DNA of 64,000 nt, from the IMG/VR virus record IMGVR_UViG_3300033997_000092, positions 186,001 to 250,000 of that record; one strand, given 5' to 3'. Below the pieces are notes generated by a model. That model did not search any database. It was not told the DNA's origin and saw nothing but the letters and a program-made list of their open reading frames with translations. A program made the translations under genes and the position numbers. Positions 18,434-29,100 of the stretch are shown here, in pieces (the first letter of the stretch is position 1; each line of letters starts with the position of its first letter).

Positions 18434-18443
18434 TGTTCGCTCC

Positions 18444-18671
18444 TTAATTGACGCGAGCTTCGCCTGTTAATGGGACAGAGAATTCAACACGCAAAGTGTT
18501 TGAATCTACCGATGAAACTGACTTAGGCAGTATCTTTTGGAGCTTGCCTTGCCAGTTAACAAACACGTCCACAAGAACATTAGTTCTTCCAAGATTGTGT
18601 GGGATGCTCCACACAGTGTTTGCATGATCTTGTTTGTGCGAATAGCCTGCACCACGAACTTTAAGTGTCAT
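18444..18671 (-). CDS. Single copy of a ~65-aa 'H-N-L-G' fibre module
   Basis: WSIPHNLG..VLVDV..ILPKSV..DSNTLRVEF..TG; the same module occurs in three neighbours. Confidence 0.65.
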   Translation of the reverse strand: MTLKVRGAGYSHKQDHANTVWSIPHNLGRTNVLVDVFVNWQGKLQKILPKSVSSVDSNTLRVEFSVPLTGEARVN

Positions 18672-18683
18672 AGTTAGGCCTCG

Positions 18684-19304
18684 TTACATACAAAGAACAG
18701 TACCAGTCACTGCATTAGTGAATGTCAATACTGTTTGGTTAGTTGTTGTGTGTTGGACTGAGCTAGGTAATAACTCAAATCCATCCGATGTAATGAAACG
18801 GATGATAGGAGCATATCCCAGCATGTGGTTCACAGTTACTTCTGTTGTAGCCACGTCCACTTCCATTTCATATGCAACATCAGGCTTAGTCATGCCGTCC
18901 AGGTTACCTATCATTATGATAGCGTGACCAGTAGTTGCTTGCGCGAAAGTAATCTCAACTGTATCAGCATCAATGCCTTCAACGCTGTCAGGAACAACAA
19001 GCTGGTTATCGCTGTTGTATACTTGGACAATTACTTTAGCACTGTTCATACCGTGTGGGACAGTCCACACAGCACTTGCAGAGTCTTGCTGGTGTATGTA
19101 AGTATTACGCTCTTGCAGCAGAGGTACCCACAGTACACTTTGACCATACGCTATAGCAAACAGCAAACGACCATCTACTACAGCTACACGGTTTGGAACA
19201 GCATATTGTACGCCAGCAGAGTCATCACCTAAAACAACATGACTCAAAGCATTACCTTGCATGTCCAGACCGCCGAACATCGTTAATCCGCCTAAGACCT
19301 TCAT
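18684..19304 (-). CDS. Fibre-associated protein with two 'H-N-L-G' modules
   Basis: True start MKVLGG (SD AGGTG), downstream of the terminator; modules WTVPHGMN... and VTVNHMLG.... Confidence 0.65.
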   Translation of the reverse strand: MKVLGGLTMFGGLDMQGNALSHVVLGDDSAGVQYAVPNRVAVVDGRLLFAIAYGQSVLWVPLLQERNTYIHQQDSASAVWTVPHGMNSAKVIVQVYNSDNQLVVPDSVEGIDADTVEITFAQATTGHAIIMIGNLDGMTKPDVAYEMEVDVATTEVTVNHMLGYAPIIRFITSDGFELLPSSVQHTTTNQTVLTFTNAVTGTVLCM

Positions 19305-19329
19305 GGATTCACCTTTGGTTCGTTGGGAC

Positions 19330-19360
19330 AAAGAAAAATGGGGAGACAAAGCTCCCCATT
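19330..19360 (-). terminator. Intrinsic terminator after the 566-aa fibre gene
   Basis: Minus strand AATGGGGAG-ctttgt-CTCCCCATT followed by TTTCTTT. Confidence 0.8.
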
Positions 19361-19379
19361 CATCAATCACTGAGGCCTA

Positions 19380-21080
19380 TTAGGCAGCAGGAGCAACAGT
19401 TGTTACGATCACTTTGCACTTAACGGCGATAGCGAAAGTAACTGTCAGGCTGTTACCATCTACGTAGGTGATGGTGTCTGGCAGAACAACTTCGTCTGAT
19501 TCGTCAACAACAGTTACCTGGCAGTATTTCGTGCCAATGTTGTGTGTAACAGTGTGTGAAGCAGAAGCAGTGTCAGTACCTGTTGCAGTGCTGTCGTAGA
19601 TGAACTGGCCAGCGCTGATACGAGTGTTGACGTTGCTGATTGAAGTGTTGATACCAGATACTGCGGTATCTAAGTCCAGCTTACGTGCTGGGTTAGCATC
19701 GGCAGTAGGAGCAATCACAGTAATCGCGCCTGTGAAATCAGCACCATCTAAACGGCCGTACAATGTGTCCAGATGTGCTTCATTCACTTTAACGCCAGTA
19801 GCATCAACAGTGATAGAAGAATCTGAAGCCAGAACAGCCAGGTCAACACCTGAACCGCCAGTTAAACCGTTACCAGCAACGTCACCTAACATAGTAGATG
19901 CAACGCCCTGAGAAGCGATTTGTAAACCACCAGAACCGTCGAAGCTCAAGCTGTTGTTCGCGCCGACTTTGATAGCCAGTTGGCCATTGCTGTCAGTAGT
20001 TTCGTCAGTACCGTTGATAGTCAGCATCAAACCGCGGTTCAGGTACAGATCTAAACCAACTTCGTCTGAAGGCAGTTCAGCGATACCAGCACCTAAGTTA
20101 ACGCTGATTGTGTTACCAGATTTGCTCAGACCGATACCAGCATTCACGCCAGCCAGACCACCGAACTCACCCCATGCGCCGCCCTGCAGAGCTAACCAGG
20201 TACCAGCAGTTGTATTCCATGCCAGCGCACCGTTAGGGCCTGATACAGAAATGTCATAGCTGATAGACTGGATTGCACCAGTAGCATCAACAACTACGAT
20301 GTCACCAGCAGCAGGAGTCAGAGTGTTTGGATCTGTGAAGTCTGAACCATCTACATAGATGTAACGGCCAGCAGCATCAACGAAATCGCTTTCGTAACCA
20401 ACTACGTCAGCTTGGAAGTCCAGGCCAGCGATAGCATTTTGCACGTCGATTAAACGGGCAGCATCTGTAGCGTTTTCTGGAGTAGCCAGACCGATGATTT
20501 TGTTGTTGTTCATCGCTAACTGACCGAACATGCTGTCGCCAGCTTGGTTTACTGGAGTGTAGCCCAGATTGTCTTGCTTGCTGTCAATTTGGGTCTGTAC
20601 GTTATCAGTCACACCTGACAGGTAACCCAGCTCAGTAGTAGTTACAGCAGATGCAGCAACTTTACCAGAACCATCAGACACTAAAGCCTTGCTTGTATCC
20701 AGGTCAGAAGAAACGATGGTTGTAGCAGCACCAGTGACAGTATCCTGTTTGGTACCTAAACGAGTTTCAACGTGACCCTTAGATACAGCAGCCAGGTTAT
20801 CTGAACCAGACTGATCAGTGCTTGATAACAGCAAGTCGGCTTCCATAGCCACTGTGCCGTCTTTCTTCACGTAATCGTTCAGGTTGCCACCTTTAGCAAC
20901 TGTCTGTACGCTGGTACCATCGTAATACTTCAGCGCTTTTTCAGTTGAGTTGTACCACAGGCGAGACTCATAGCCAGCTAACTCGCCAACCGTTGGGTCA
21001 GTTGCCAGGTTTTCTGGTTTCATGTTGCGGATGGTACCGCCGCCGACTAATGTGATATTACCAATTACTTGCATCGTCAT
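19380..21080 (-). CDS. Abundant fibre/whisker-like virion protein
   Basis: 566 aa, G/A/T/D-rich, KQD..TGAATTI and TELGYLSGVT fibre segments, C-terminal H-N-I-G module. Codon choice (GGT/GCT/CTG/AAC) and a terminator immediately downstream suggest high expression. Confidence 0.6.
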   Translation of the reverse strand: MTMQVIGNITLVGGGTIRNMKPENLATDPTVGELAGYESRLWYNSTEKALKYYDGTSVQTVAKGGNLNDYVKKDGTVAMEADLLLSSTDQSGSDNLAAVSKGHVETRLGTKQDTVTGAATTIVSSDLDTSKALVSDGSGKVAASAVTTTELGYLSGVTDNVQTQIDSKQDNLGYTPVNQAGDSMFGQLAMNNNKIIGLATPENATDAARLIDVQNAIAGLDFQADVVGYESDFVDAAGRYIYVDGSDFTDPNTLTPAAGDIVVVDATGAIQSISYDISVSGPNGALAWNTTAGTWLALQGGAWGEFGGLAGVNAGIGLSKSGNTISVNLGAGIAELPSDEVGLDLYLNRGLMLTINGTDETTDSNGQLAIKVGANNSLSFDGSGGLQIASQGVASTMLGDVAGNGLTGGSGVDLAVLASDSSITVDATGVKVNEAHLDTLYGRLDGADFTGAITVIAPTADANPARKLDLDTAVSGINTSISNVNTRISAGQFIYDSTATGTDTASASHTVTHNIGTKYCQVTVVDESDEVVLPDTITYVDGNSLTVTFAIAVKCKVIVTTVAPAA

Positions 21081-21108
21081 TCACCTTTTGGTTGTTGAAT
21101 TTTGCATA

Positions 21109-21861
21109 TCACAGTATGCAAACTATTTCCATACCTTCCTGCTTCAAAGAATCTAACAGCGATTCGTAGTCGGCATGAAGTTTAGGATCCGATTCCAGAC
21201 TAACACTATCTATGTAGGACTTGATGCACAGTTTGTGCCCCTGGATGTAACGGCTTTCTCTGTAAACAGACAGGCGCATTACAGGCATTGAAATTGATCT
21301 GTCTCTGTGGATAGCTAAGTCCAACAAATCAATCGTAAGAAACGGGTCGCACGATTTCTTGGAGCCAAATATAAGGCAGTCCATTTCGTGCATTACAATA
21401 CGCAAGTGGTTCATGTATTGTATTAGAAAATTATTGAGATCTGTTACGGCAGCAGTAGTGTTATTATCAAGTAGTTTGTTAATCCGAAACACAAGGTGGT
21501 CTTTGTATTTATCGGATACTACCATGAGAATCAACGCCAACTTGACATCTATGTCAGGATACTTCATCCTAGTTACGTGAACAGATTTACTCATACCATC
21601 CAAGAATTTCTCGGATAGAGTTTTTATGATGTATGTGTCTACTGTGGCTACTTTGCTGTTACGCAGTGCCATATAGACTTCATTGGACCAATCAAGTATT
21701 TGCTCAAGCACCGTGCATATTATTGCTTTGGTGCTATCGTCGAACTTGTAGGTAGATGTGTTGGTCAAGCTATCCAAGATAGTAAACCTAGCATTGTGAA
21801 AAGCAATACCATTAAGACTTATCATAGCTTGGAAATCGAGGTCATCAGTCAGGAATTTCAT
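21109..21861 (-). CDS. Hypothetical soluble protein (last gene of the four-gene envelope module)
   Basis: 250 aa, no TM segment or signal; ATGA overlap with the upstream gene. Confidence 0.7.
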   Translation of the reverse strand: MKFLTDDLDFQAMISLNGIAFHNARFTILDSLTNTSTYKFDDSTKAIICTVLEQILDWSNEVYMALRNSKVATVDTYIIKTLSEKFLDGMSKSVHVTRMKYPDIDVKLALILMVVSDKYKDHLVFRINKLLDNNTTAAVTDLNNFLIQYMNHLRIVMHEMDCLIFGSKKSCDPFLTIDLLDLAIHRDRSISMPVMRLSVYRESRYIQGHKLCIKSYIDSVSLESDPKLHADYESLLDSLKQEGMEIVCIL

Positions 21862-22421
21862 TTGAGATCCTTCACCTCTCCAACGCCCATAAGTTCACCG
21901 GCGGCTCTAGCATTAGGACCAGAGCCTATCAGTAAACCTGTGATGCTAGATAACTTACTAACGATACCATTTACTTGTTGTCCTAAGACACGCAGTTCGG
22001 CATCAATTGTCATCAACTTAGCCTGAGCAGGATCGGACATACTCGACCTTTGTAGATCTTTGAGCATATCTGTAACGCTGTCGATTTCATCGATCAGTTT
22101 TCGTGCATCCAAGTCAGCGGTCCGTATATACTCTACCAAGATATTGTACGTCATCTGGCAGGTTTTTAGGACCTCAGCTATTTGATATTCTGTTTTGCTA
22201 TTTTCAACGTGGAGTTGAATCGTTTTACTAGCCTTATCCAAAGCTTCTCTGTATTCAGAGAGCTTAGTGCTCCATTCTTGTTTTTCTGCTTCCAGTTCTT
22301 CCAGCTGGCGCAATTTTGGTATAACGTACATTATGAAAAAGAACGCTCCAGATATAAGAGCAAGCAGTAATGTAGTAGTACCTACCGGCACCGTAGCCAG
22401 AAATTCAAATACTATATCCAT
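21858..22421 (-). CDS. Bitopic membrane protein with long coiled coil
   Basis: TM TLLLALISGAFFFIMYVI followed by KLRQ (suggests C-in) and heptad-rich helix. Confidence 0.7.
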   Translation of the reverse strand: MDIVFEFLATVPVGTTTLLLALISGAFFFIMYVIPKLRQLEELEAEKQEWSTKLSEYREALDKASKTIQLHVENSKTEYQIAEVLKTCQMTYNILVEYIRTADLDARKLIDEIDSVTDMLKDLQRSSMSDPAQAKLMTIDAELRVLGQQVNGIVSKLSSITGLLIGSGPNARAAGELMGVGEVKDLK

Positions 22422-22438
22422 AGCAGTAGTCCACCGCC

Positions 22439-22741
22439 TTATTTAAACGTAGAGGTTCCGCATTGCTTGTCGCTAGTTTCAATAACTATCCTTTTAGCTC
22501 CTACGACATTATTGTCCTCAGTGACTATGACAGTAGCTATCGAACTGCTTAGCTCCAAGCACTGGTGTCCTGGAGCCCTGTCAACACAGATTGCACTTAG
22601 ACATCCTACGTATTCGGATTTGATTGCATGATCTCTATCGTTCTTCGACTGCTGCTGATATTGCACGCCAGCGATAACTATACCAATCAACACAACAATC
22701 AACACCAAAAACGAAGACATCCTGTATTTATCGATTTTCAT
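22439..22741 (-). CDS. Bitopic membrane protein with four-cysteine periplasmic domain
   Basis: Basic MKIDKYR, TM FLVLIVVLIGIVIAGV, then a ~70-aa domain with 4 Cys. Confidence 0.7.
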   Translation of the reverse strand: MKIDKYRMSSFLVLIVVLIGIVIAGVQYQQQSKNDRDHAIKSEYVGCLSAICVDRAPGHQCLELSSSIATVIVTEDNNVVGAKRIVIETSDKQCGTSTFK

Positions 22742-23649
22742 TTTACTATCTCGTCAATATGTTCGACAGCTTGCACTGGACGGAATCCTAATGTCTCCAT
22801 CCTGTGTATATTAGCATACAGCCTTGTTTTAAGCTGAGCTGTCTTCGCTGTTCCGTCTAAGAATGCACCAATACCCGCATAGTCCAGTTGAAGTATTATT
22901 GCCTCATTGGAATCACCAAACCTATAGCCTCCGACATCTAAGTGGGTGCGGTTATATCGCACCAATGTCTTCTTAATGTCGACCACAAGCTTATGGTTTG
23001 TATGTTCATCATCTGCAAGTTCATACATACAATTGATGATTACGCCTTTATTATGTCTGTTTAGTACGCGAAGTTTAGACTCCAATTCCTGCACAGAACG
23101 GACAGATATTGTTTGAATTTGCTTTTCAGGTATACCAGCTTTTAAAATCGCATCCTTGTAGATTTCAGACGCACGTTTACCTTTTAATGACCCATCATCC
23201 ATGATAAAGAACTTACTTGGGTCGAAATTTAATGCTTTAGTGAAGGAAATTAAACGACTAACGGGATTGTCTTCGTGAAAGTCACTTCCTGTTACTGAGA
23301 ACGAAAACTCCATGACTTTTTTCTTAGGAAAGGCCGCACGGACCTCTTTTGATAGACCAGAACCATGTACTACAATAATCTCAGGGTCGATCCTTTTGAT
23401 GTCATCAATAACGCTGTCTATTAGGAATCGTTTATGTCCAACAGACTTTCCAAAATCCATTTTCAAATAAAAAGAGTATACCCTGTATTTCGTACTACGG
23501 TGAGATATATAACTCGCCGCTGCATTTCCATAATAAGCAGATATTGGATTCTGGTTTAGAAAATATATAACAGGTTTGCTTTTGTCTTGGTATTCCATAC
23601 CGAACACAGGAAATACCAAGACAAGTAGCAATAGAAAGCGCTTTATCAT
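22738..23649 (-). CDS. Secreted periplasmic-binding-protein (ABC substrate-binding / sensor type I)-like protein
   Basis: Sec signal MIKRFLLLLVLVFPVFG. YSFYLKMD, IKRIDPEIIVV, FIMDDGS and SVQELESKL follow the pattern of ABC_sub_bind-type sensor domains (by eye). Confidence 0.5.
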   Translation of the reverse strand: MIKRFLLLLVLVFPVFGMEYQDKSKPVIYFLNQNPISAYYGNAAASYISHRSTKYRVYSFYLKMDFGKSVGHKRFLIDSVIDDIKRIDPEIIVVHGSGLSKEVRAAFPKKKVMEFSFSVTGSDFHEDNPVSRLISFTKALNFDPSKFFIMDDGSLKGKRASEIYKDAILKAGIPEKQIQTISVRSVQELESKLRVLNRHNKGVIINCMYELADDEHTNHKLVVDIKKTLVRYNRTHLDVGGYRFGDSNEAIILQLDYAGIGAFLDGTAKTAQLKTRLYANIHRMETLGFRPVQAVEHIDEIVK

Positions 23650-24563
23650 GCTACCGCAGGTGTTGTTGTTATTACAACACGTCCTACAATAGGAATTTGC
23701 GTCCTGACAATAATGAAATTTTTATCAGGAAGTTCGATTGATTCAGGTATGATTTGTGCATAAACTTCAGGAGCATCAGGAAATTCAGGGTCTTCCCCTT
23801 CACTTGATGCCAATAACCATACTTGAGCAATTATGTTGTATGAGTCCAGCTCGTGGTGAATAATAACCTCAGAACTAGGTTCATTGATTACATGGACATA
23901 GAATCTAGCACCCGCAACGCCTCCACCGACATCACCGCCTGTACCTGTCTCTATATTCTGCAATCTACGTTTCAATTCAATGATGTCTTCTTCAGCCTGT
24001 GTGAGTCTGACATTCATTTCCATCATTATGTTGAAGTAGTTGTTCGACTGTTGGCTTAGTATTGTCCTGAATACACCGTATGGAAATACTTCAGCATTTG
24101 CATATTGTTGTCCTGGCCCCACCGTTCTAGGATATAGAGGTCCTGTCAGCGTCTGACCGCCACTCAATCGTACCAAGTTAGGATGTGCATCAGTATCCCG
24201 TGTGTGCTTCTCTAAACTTGTCGGATCAGCCAATCGTAAACGATCTGCCTCATCATAATACTGGTTTTCTGTTGCGGTCGCATAGTCAAACAACTCGGTC
24301 CATGTGTGTTGTCTGTTGCCACTTACGTTCTTGGAGACACGCTTCAGCAACTTAAAATAATCAGCATCATTTTCACCTGACACTAACCAACACACATTTA
24401 ATGGTAAAGAGTTGTTTATGGGTTCGTCACTTCCGACATAGATATAAATGATTTGACCTACATCGTTACCAAACTCTAACAGAATAGACTGCTCTTGCGT
24501 TAATCCATAACCTACTGCACGTACATAACAGTCATTGATTAACGTCTGTAGTTGCTGGTCCAT
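23646..24563 (-). CDS. Tail-fibre-like protein with C-terminal 'H-E-L-D' module
   Basis: HTRDTDAH and LSGGQTLTGPL fibre motifs, a coiled coil and the C-terminal module. Confidence 0.55.
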   Translation of the reverse strand: MDQQLQTLINDCYVRAVGYGLTQEQSILLEFGNDVGQIIYIYVGSDEPINNSLPLNVCWLVSGENDADYFKLLKRVSKNVSGNRQHTWTELFDYATATENQYYDEADRLRLADPTSLEKHTRDTDAHPNLVRLSGGQTLTGPLYPRTVGPGQQYANAEVFPYGVFRTILSQQSNNYFNIMMEMNVRLTQAEEDIIELKRRLQNIETGTGGDVGGGVAGARFYVHVINEPSSEVIIHHELDSYNIIAQVWLLASSEGEDPEFPDAPEVYAQIIPESIELPDKNFIIVRTQIPIVGRVVITTTPAVA

Positions 24564-24571
24564 AAGCTCCC

Positions 24572-25057
24572 CTACGTGTAAAGATTGGTGCTGATTTGTT
24601 CGCGGCGTATCCTGAGTGCTTCAGTGATTTTTATAAGCTGCTTGTGATCATGCTCGGCGAACTGCCATTGTCCTTCTACAACACACCACATCTTTGGTTT
24701 AACTTCAGGATTATGCAATGTTTCATGCAATGCTAATCCTAAGTTTAATTGAAAAGAAAGATCTGGAGTGTATATCCTGTTATCTATCTCCAGAGGAGCA
24801 AGTATGTCGTTTCGTGCGCTGCTCTGTCCTTGAGCTTTTGCTGCCAAAGCTATATCAGCTTGGTCTGCTTTGATTCTGATAAAAGTACCGTTCTCAATAC
24901 GATAGTTATTCGGGTTATCACGCCATCTTTGCACTTCAATAGCTGTAGCAAGGATATAGTGTTCCGATTTGATTTGTTGCGGATTCGAGTAAGACCCTGT
25001 TATGTTACTGCCGGAAACCACTTCAGGGTTATATGTTAGAAAAAGTTGACCTGCCAT
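24572..25057 (-). CDS. Tail fibre assembly/chaperone protein (DUF4376-like)
   Basis: ARNDIL..LEIDNRIY..D..FQLNL...W...W pattern; follows a fibre gene. Confidence 0.55.
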   Translation of the reverse strand: MAGQLFLTYNPEVVSGSNITGSYSNPQQIKSEHYILATAIEVQRWRDNPNNYRIENGTFIRIKADQADIALAAKAQGQSSARNDILAPLEIDNRIYTPDLSFQLNLGLALHETLHNPEVKPKMWCVVEGQWQFAEHDHKQLIKITEALRIRREQISTNLYT

Positions 25058-25061
25058 AAAA

Positions 25062-25853
25062 TTAATCTCCCATCACTTGCCAGAAGAAATCCCATTTATC
25101 TGGAAGTGGGTTTGGGTGGGTTCCGGGTTTGAGTGTTATTGTTATACCGCCAATCTCAGTATCATCATAGATGAATTCACCAAAGAAGTATTTACTTGCT
25201 TGATAGCATTCTGGATCTAAGAATGTAAGCTGAATACTTGCGATACCGTTTACAAAGTTTAGTGGAAACAATAACGACACTGTATCACTGATAGGCAATG
25301 TCTCAGAAGTGAAACGTCCACTTTGAATCATACCTCCAGCTCTACGAAGCCGCATTGCTACACCGCGAGTACCTTTTACCCATTCAGGTTCATCGCCATC
25401 ATTACCCGGAGCGCCTGTTGCTCCTGTAGGGCCGGTAGGGCCAATGGGGCCCAATAAACCCTGAGGACCAATAGGACCTGTAGGCCCAGTGGGACCTATA
25501 GTCCCTCTGTCGCCTTTAATACCAGGACATCCTTGAATGCCAGGACGACCGTCACGACCGTTTCGTCCTGCTGCTCCAGTAAGACCTCTAGGTCCTCTGG
25601 CTCCTGTCTTTCCTTCTGGAGCTGTTCTTTCTGTTAACAGTCCTGAAGCCGTGTAGATATTGTTGTTCATATCTACAATAGTTATTGTTCCTGAGTTGCT
25701 ATCAATGCTGAAGCTCTTTATTAGAGGATCGCCCACTGATTCAGGAGCTACTACTGCCATCTGGCCTGGAGCCGCAACTTGCATCAAATCGCCTGTACCT
25801 GCTGTACCGGGATCGATCATAGCTGGGCTGATTTTAGTCAATTTGTTAGACAT
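25062..25853 (-). CDS. Collagen-like tail fibre protein with gp53-like C-terminal domain
   Basis: About 23 contiguous G-X-Y triplets; C-terminal MIQSGR...VSLLFPLNF...QLT...ITI...FFWQVMG. Confidence 0.8.
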   Translation of the reverse strand: MSNKLTKISPAMIDPGTAGTGDLMQVAAPGQMAVVAPESVGDPLIKSFSIDSNSGTITIVDMNNNIYTASGLLTERTAPEGKTGARGPRGLTGAAGRNGRDGRPGIQGCPGIKGDRGTIGPTGPTGPIGPQGLLGPIGPTGPTGATGAPGNDGDEPEWVKGTRGVAMRLRRAGGMIQSGRFTSETLPISDTVSLLFPLNFVNGIASIQLTFLDPECYQASKYFFGEFIYDDTEIGGITITLKPGTHPNPLPDKWDFFWQVMGD

Positions 25854-25867
25854 ATCGTTGCATCCAC

Positions 25868-26107
25868 TTAAGGAGATTCGCTTGGTTCAAATGGCTCAAG
25901 CCATAGAGGAAATTCTGGATCGTCTGGAGCATGTACTGCTTCATCATGCTCTGGATTCCGAATTCGTGTATTTTCTGGCACCATGCGGTACCACCCAGTG
26001 TTTTCGATATTACGAACGAGCCAACCAGCGTCCGCGAAATTATTTACACGGAACTGGTTGGCTTCTTTGCGAATATCTCTGGGTCTCAGGATTATTCGTT
26101 TTGCCAT
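25868..26107 (-). CDS. Small protein resembling the N-terminus of the 1123-aa fibre
   Basis: WLVRNIENTGWYRMVPENTRIRN versus LRIRSRDNRSWLLIDPKAIRMRD. Confidence 0.55.
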   Translation of the reverse strand: MAKRIILRPRDIRKEANQFRVNNFADAGWLVRNIENTGWYRMVPENTRIRNPEHDEAVHAPDDPEFPLWLEPFEPSESP

Positions 26108-26118
26108 AATAAATTAAA

Positions 26119-29100
26119 TTATAGAGAAGTTATGTTATTGTTGTTAATCAAGAACCTGGAAGTTGTTTCTGGATTCTCAATTATAACAGGCGAGCCTGCG
26201 TCTTGCGCGATAGTCAGACCTGAATTCTGCCATGCTGACACACTCTGGTTATACCGATATGTAATGTTTGCTTGAGCATCGTAAACTTTTGTTAAGTCCA
26301 CAGCTCCAGAAAACATTGTATCTAAGAATGTTGCACCTGCTTGGCTTCTGACCATATACCCGTAATTGCTTTGATTGCGGAACGGCGCATATTTTGAATC
26401 AGAATTCAAATCAAGCGTTATAGTCGAGTTCGGATCATATGATGGGACTGCTCCTGTGTACCAATCAGTACAACGCGCTGTTAACGTATTTCCTGAGCGG
26501 ACAACTTCAATTTTGCGTCGGGCATCAGACCATCCTCGTATACCACTTCCTACAAGTATACCAGGAATAGAAGCTACTACGACACCATTCTCAATAAAGA
26601 ATAGTCCCCAATTCATGTCAGGCGCAGGCGTCATACCGTTACCTATGCCACCACCTGTACAACAGAAAGATATTGTACGTACTATGTTGTCTGACCCTAA
26701 ATCGAAGCCCACTAATGCTCCTATTAAGTCGTCATCGGTATCAGCAGATGTTACAACCACTTCATACTTGTAGTCGCTATATTTATCAGGAGATACGAAG
26801 CCTGTGTAGGACGATAAGTTGTCTGGCATAACTATTCTGTCTGGGTTAGATTGTAGTTGCCAGTTTGCTGCGGATCCTTGTGCTGTGCTGGCATTTGCAT
26901 AGAAGTTGTTTGCGTCAGTTCTCCCCCAACTGTTGAAAATCTCTTGTTGGGTTGGAGGAGAGTACGCATTCATACGGGCCTGTGCTTCTACAGACGTTCC
27001 ATAAATATAACCAGAAATTTGTGGAATCGGTGTAGGGCAATTCATCGTGTACGTCCATGCCGTTCCATCTGGACCTGTCACACGTATCATACACGTTGTT
27101 GCGTGTGGAGGGCCAGGATAAAAGAAACTTAATGTTCCGTTACCTGAGACCAAACCACCTGTAGTAGCAACAAGTTGACCTTCATAGAAGATTTCCATCA
27201 TGTCAGGTACACTGTACATAGTGTAGTTTACGTCAAGACGTCCTGCATCAGGACCTAAATAATGTATCGTTTCTGTTGTTCCTGCACCACCTGCAGGTGT
27301 TTCAACACCGCAAGGAGTAGCATCGTCGTCGCGTATTGTGATAGTTCCTATAGGTTTAACAAGGATACCACGAGTGTTGTTGGATAAGATGATTTCAAAA
27401 GTTTCATCATTCTCTATATCGCTATCACCTACTATCGTAATAGGAATAGTCTTTTCACTTTCGCCTGATTGGAAGCAGATTTGCCCACTAGCACCGACAT
27501 AATCTGGTTCTTGATCAACTGCGTCGATATATGCTTCTGATTGACCTGAGTTGATTTGGCCAGTCATTCCTGTCCACAATGGATGAGGTCCGTTCTGGGC
27601 AATAGCGTTTTCCACAGTCAAATTCATTGTATCGCGATCTATTGAGCCTTTGAACTTAATCCCGTAGAAATCAAACAGAACTTCGTTGGCGCCCTTGTAG
27701 AAGCCTATGCCGCTAGGGTCACCATCTACGCCGTGGTCAGCGATTACACCGAATCCTTGACCTGCAAGATGTGAAGCCTTCATCGCTGCTATCAGCGCTG
27801 GAGAGTTTACTTGTCCTCCAGTGTATGCACTACTGATATACAAAACACAATCAAATCCGTCAAAGAACGCTTGTGTTTCTGGACACTCATTGCCGTACAT
27901 GACTGTTAACGTGCGTCCTGTACCTGCAGCAGCCGAAGTAAAGTAGTTTGTGAAGCCTGTGTACGTTACACTGTCTTTAACATCGTAAGCTTGTCCAGCT
28001 ACTCCTGCATCACCCATGAGTAATACTGCGCCACCTGTCTTGCTTCCACTTAACCAGTTCATTACGTTTTGTAAGAACAGCAGAGTGTTTCCGTACTTCT
28101 GGACTGTAGCGCGATCATTCCAATATCCGTTGTAGAATTTAGGAAATGCACCGTCTAAGTACATCTTACGGTCACCAGCTATGTTCTCAATAACCATAAC
28201 ATGGGGGAGCTGTTGGTCGTCTTTAGCTAATGAGCGAACACTCAAGTCGCTCTTTGCAGTTCCATCTTGTGTACGCCAATCGACACACAGTGGAGTTGAT
28301 CCCTGATAAGGCTCGCTAAGGAAAACACGTACATCTATTTCGCGGGAAACATCCAATTCAACGATGCTCATGTCTTCTATGCGAATCTCAGGATCGTTAC
28401 CCTCAAGAACGCACGGTAATTCAAATGTGATTGTTCCAGAATCAGTATCACTTACACCAAGAACAGCATATTGCTTATCCGCAACAGTGGCTGTTATTGT
28501 TATAGGATATTGTGCGCGGTTATCTTCAAGTGCCAGTTGTTTCGTGAAACGAATCTTTGCTATACGTCCTTCTTCTTGGACTTCTAGCAGTTCTACCATT
28601 CCGTTACCTATGTCTCCGTGCCATAGATATTCGTATTTTCTCTGTTGCCAGTCAGGAGGATTAACAAATCTGACTTCAACAAGTGCTTCTTGTGACCAGA
28701 CATCATCAACAAAATAACATCTGTCTTCACATGGAACAGGCGGAGGCGGTGTTGGATCGGGTGGAGGAGGAGCAACAGGCACTACTGGAGTACGCTCATA
28801 CACTTCGTACAAGTGAGGACTATGTTCACCCCAACTATGCACTTGACGATAGCCTCTACGTTCCCATGTCTCCGGACAAAATCCAAATGGAGCACTAGAG
28901 CCACTTTCAGTAGCTAAAATGTTCCAGCGCCACCGAGCTAATATCGACGGGTCTGTTACTATCAAAGGGTCAGTGTATATAGATGCACATGATATTTCGT
29001 CTGTGCCTCTCGGATCACTGTACACACTTGAGTATTCTTTATCGTTTTCCCAAGGAAATGCTGTGGCTTCATTTGACTTACCGCCAATCATCTTACCTTT

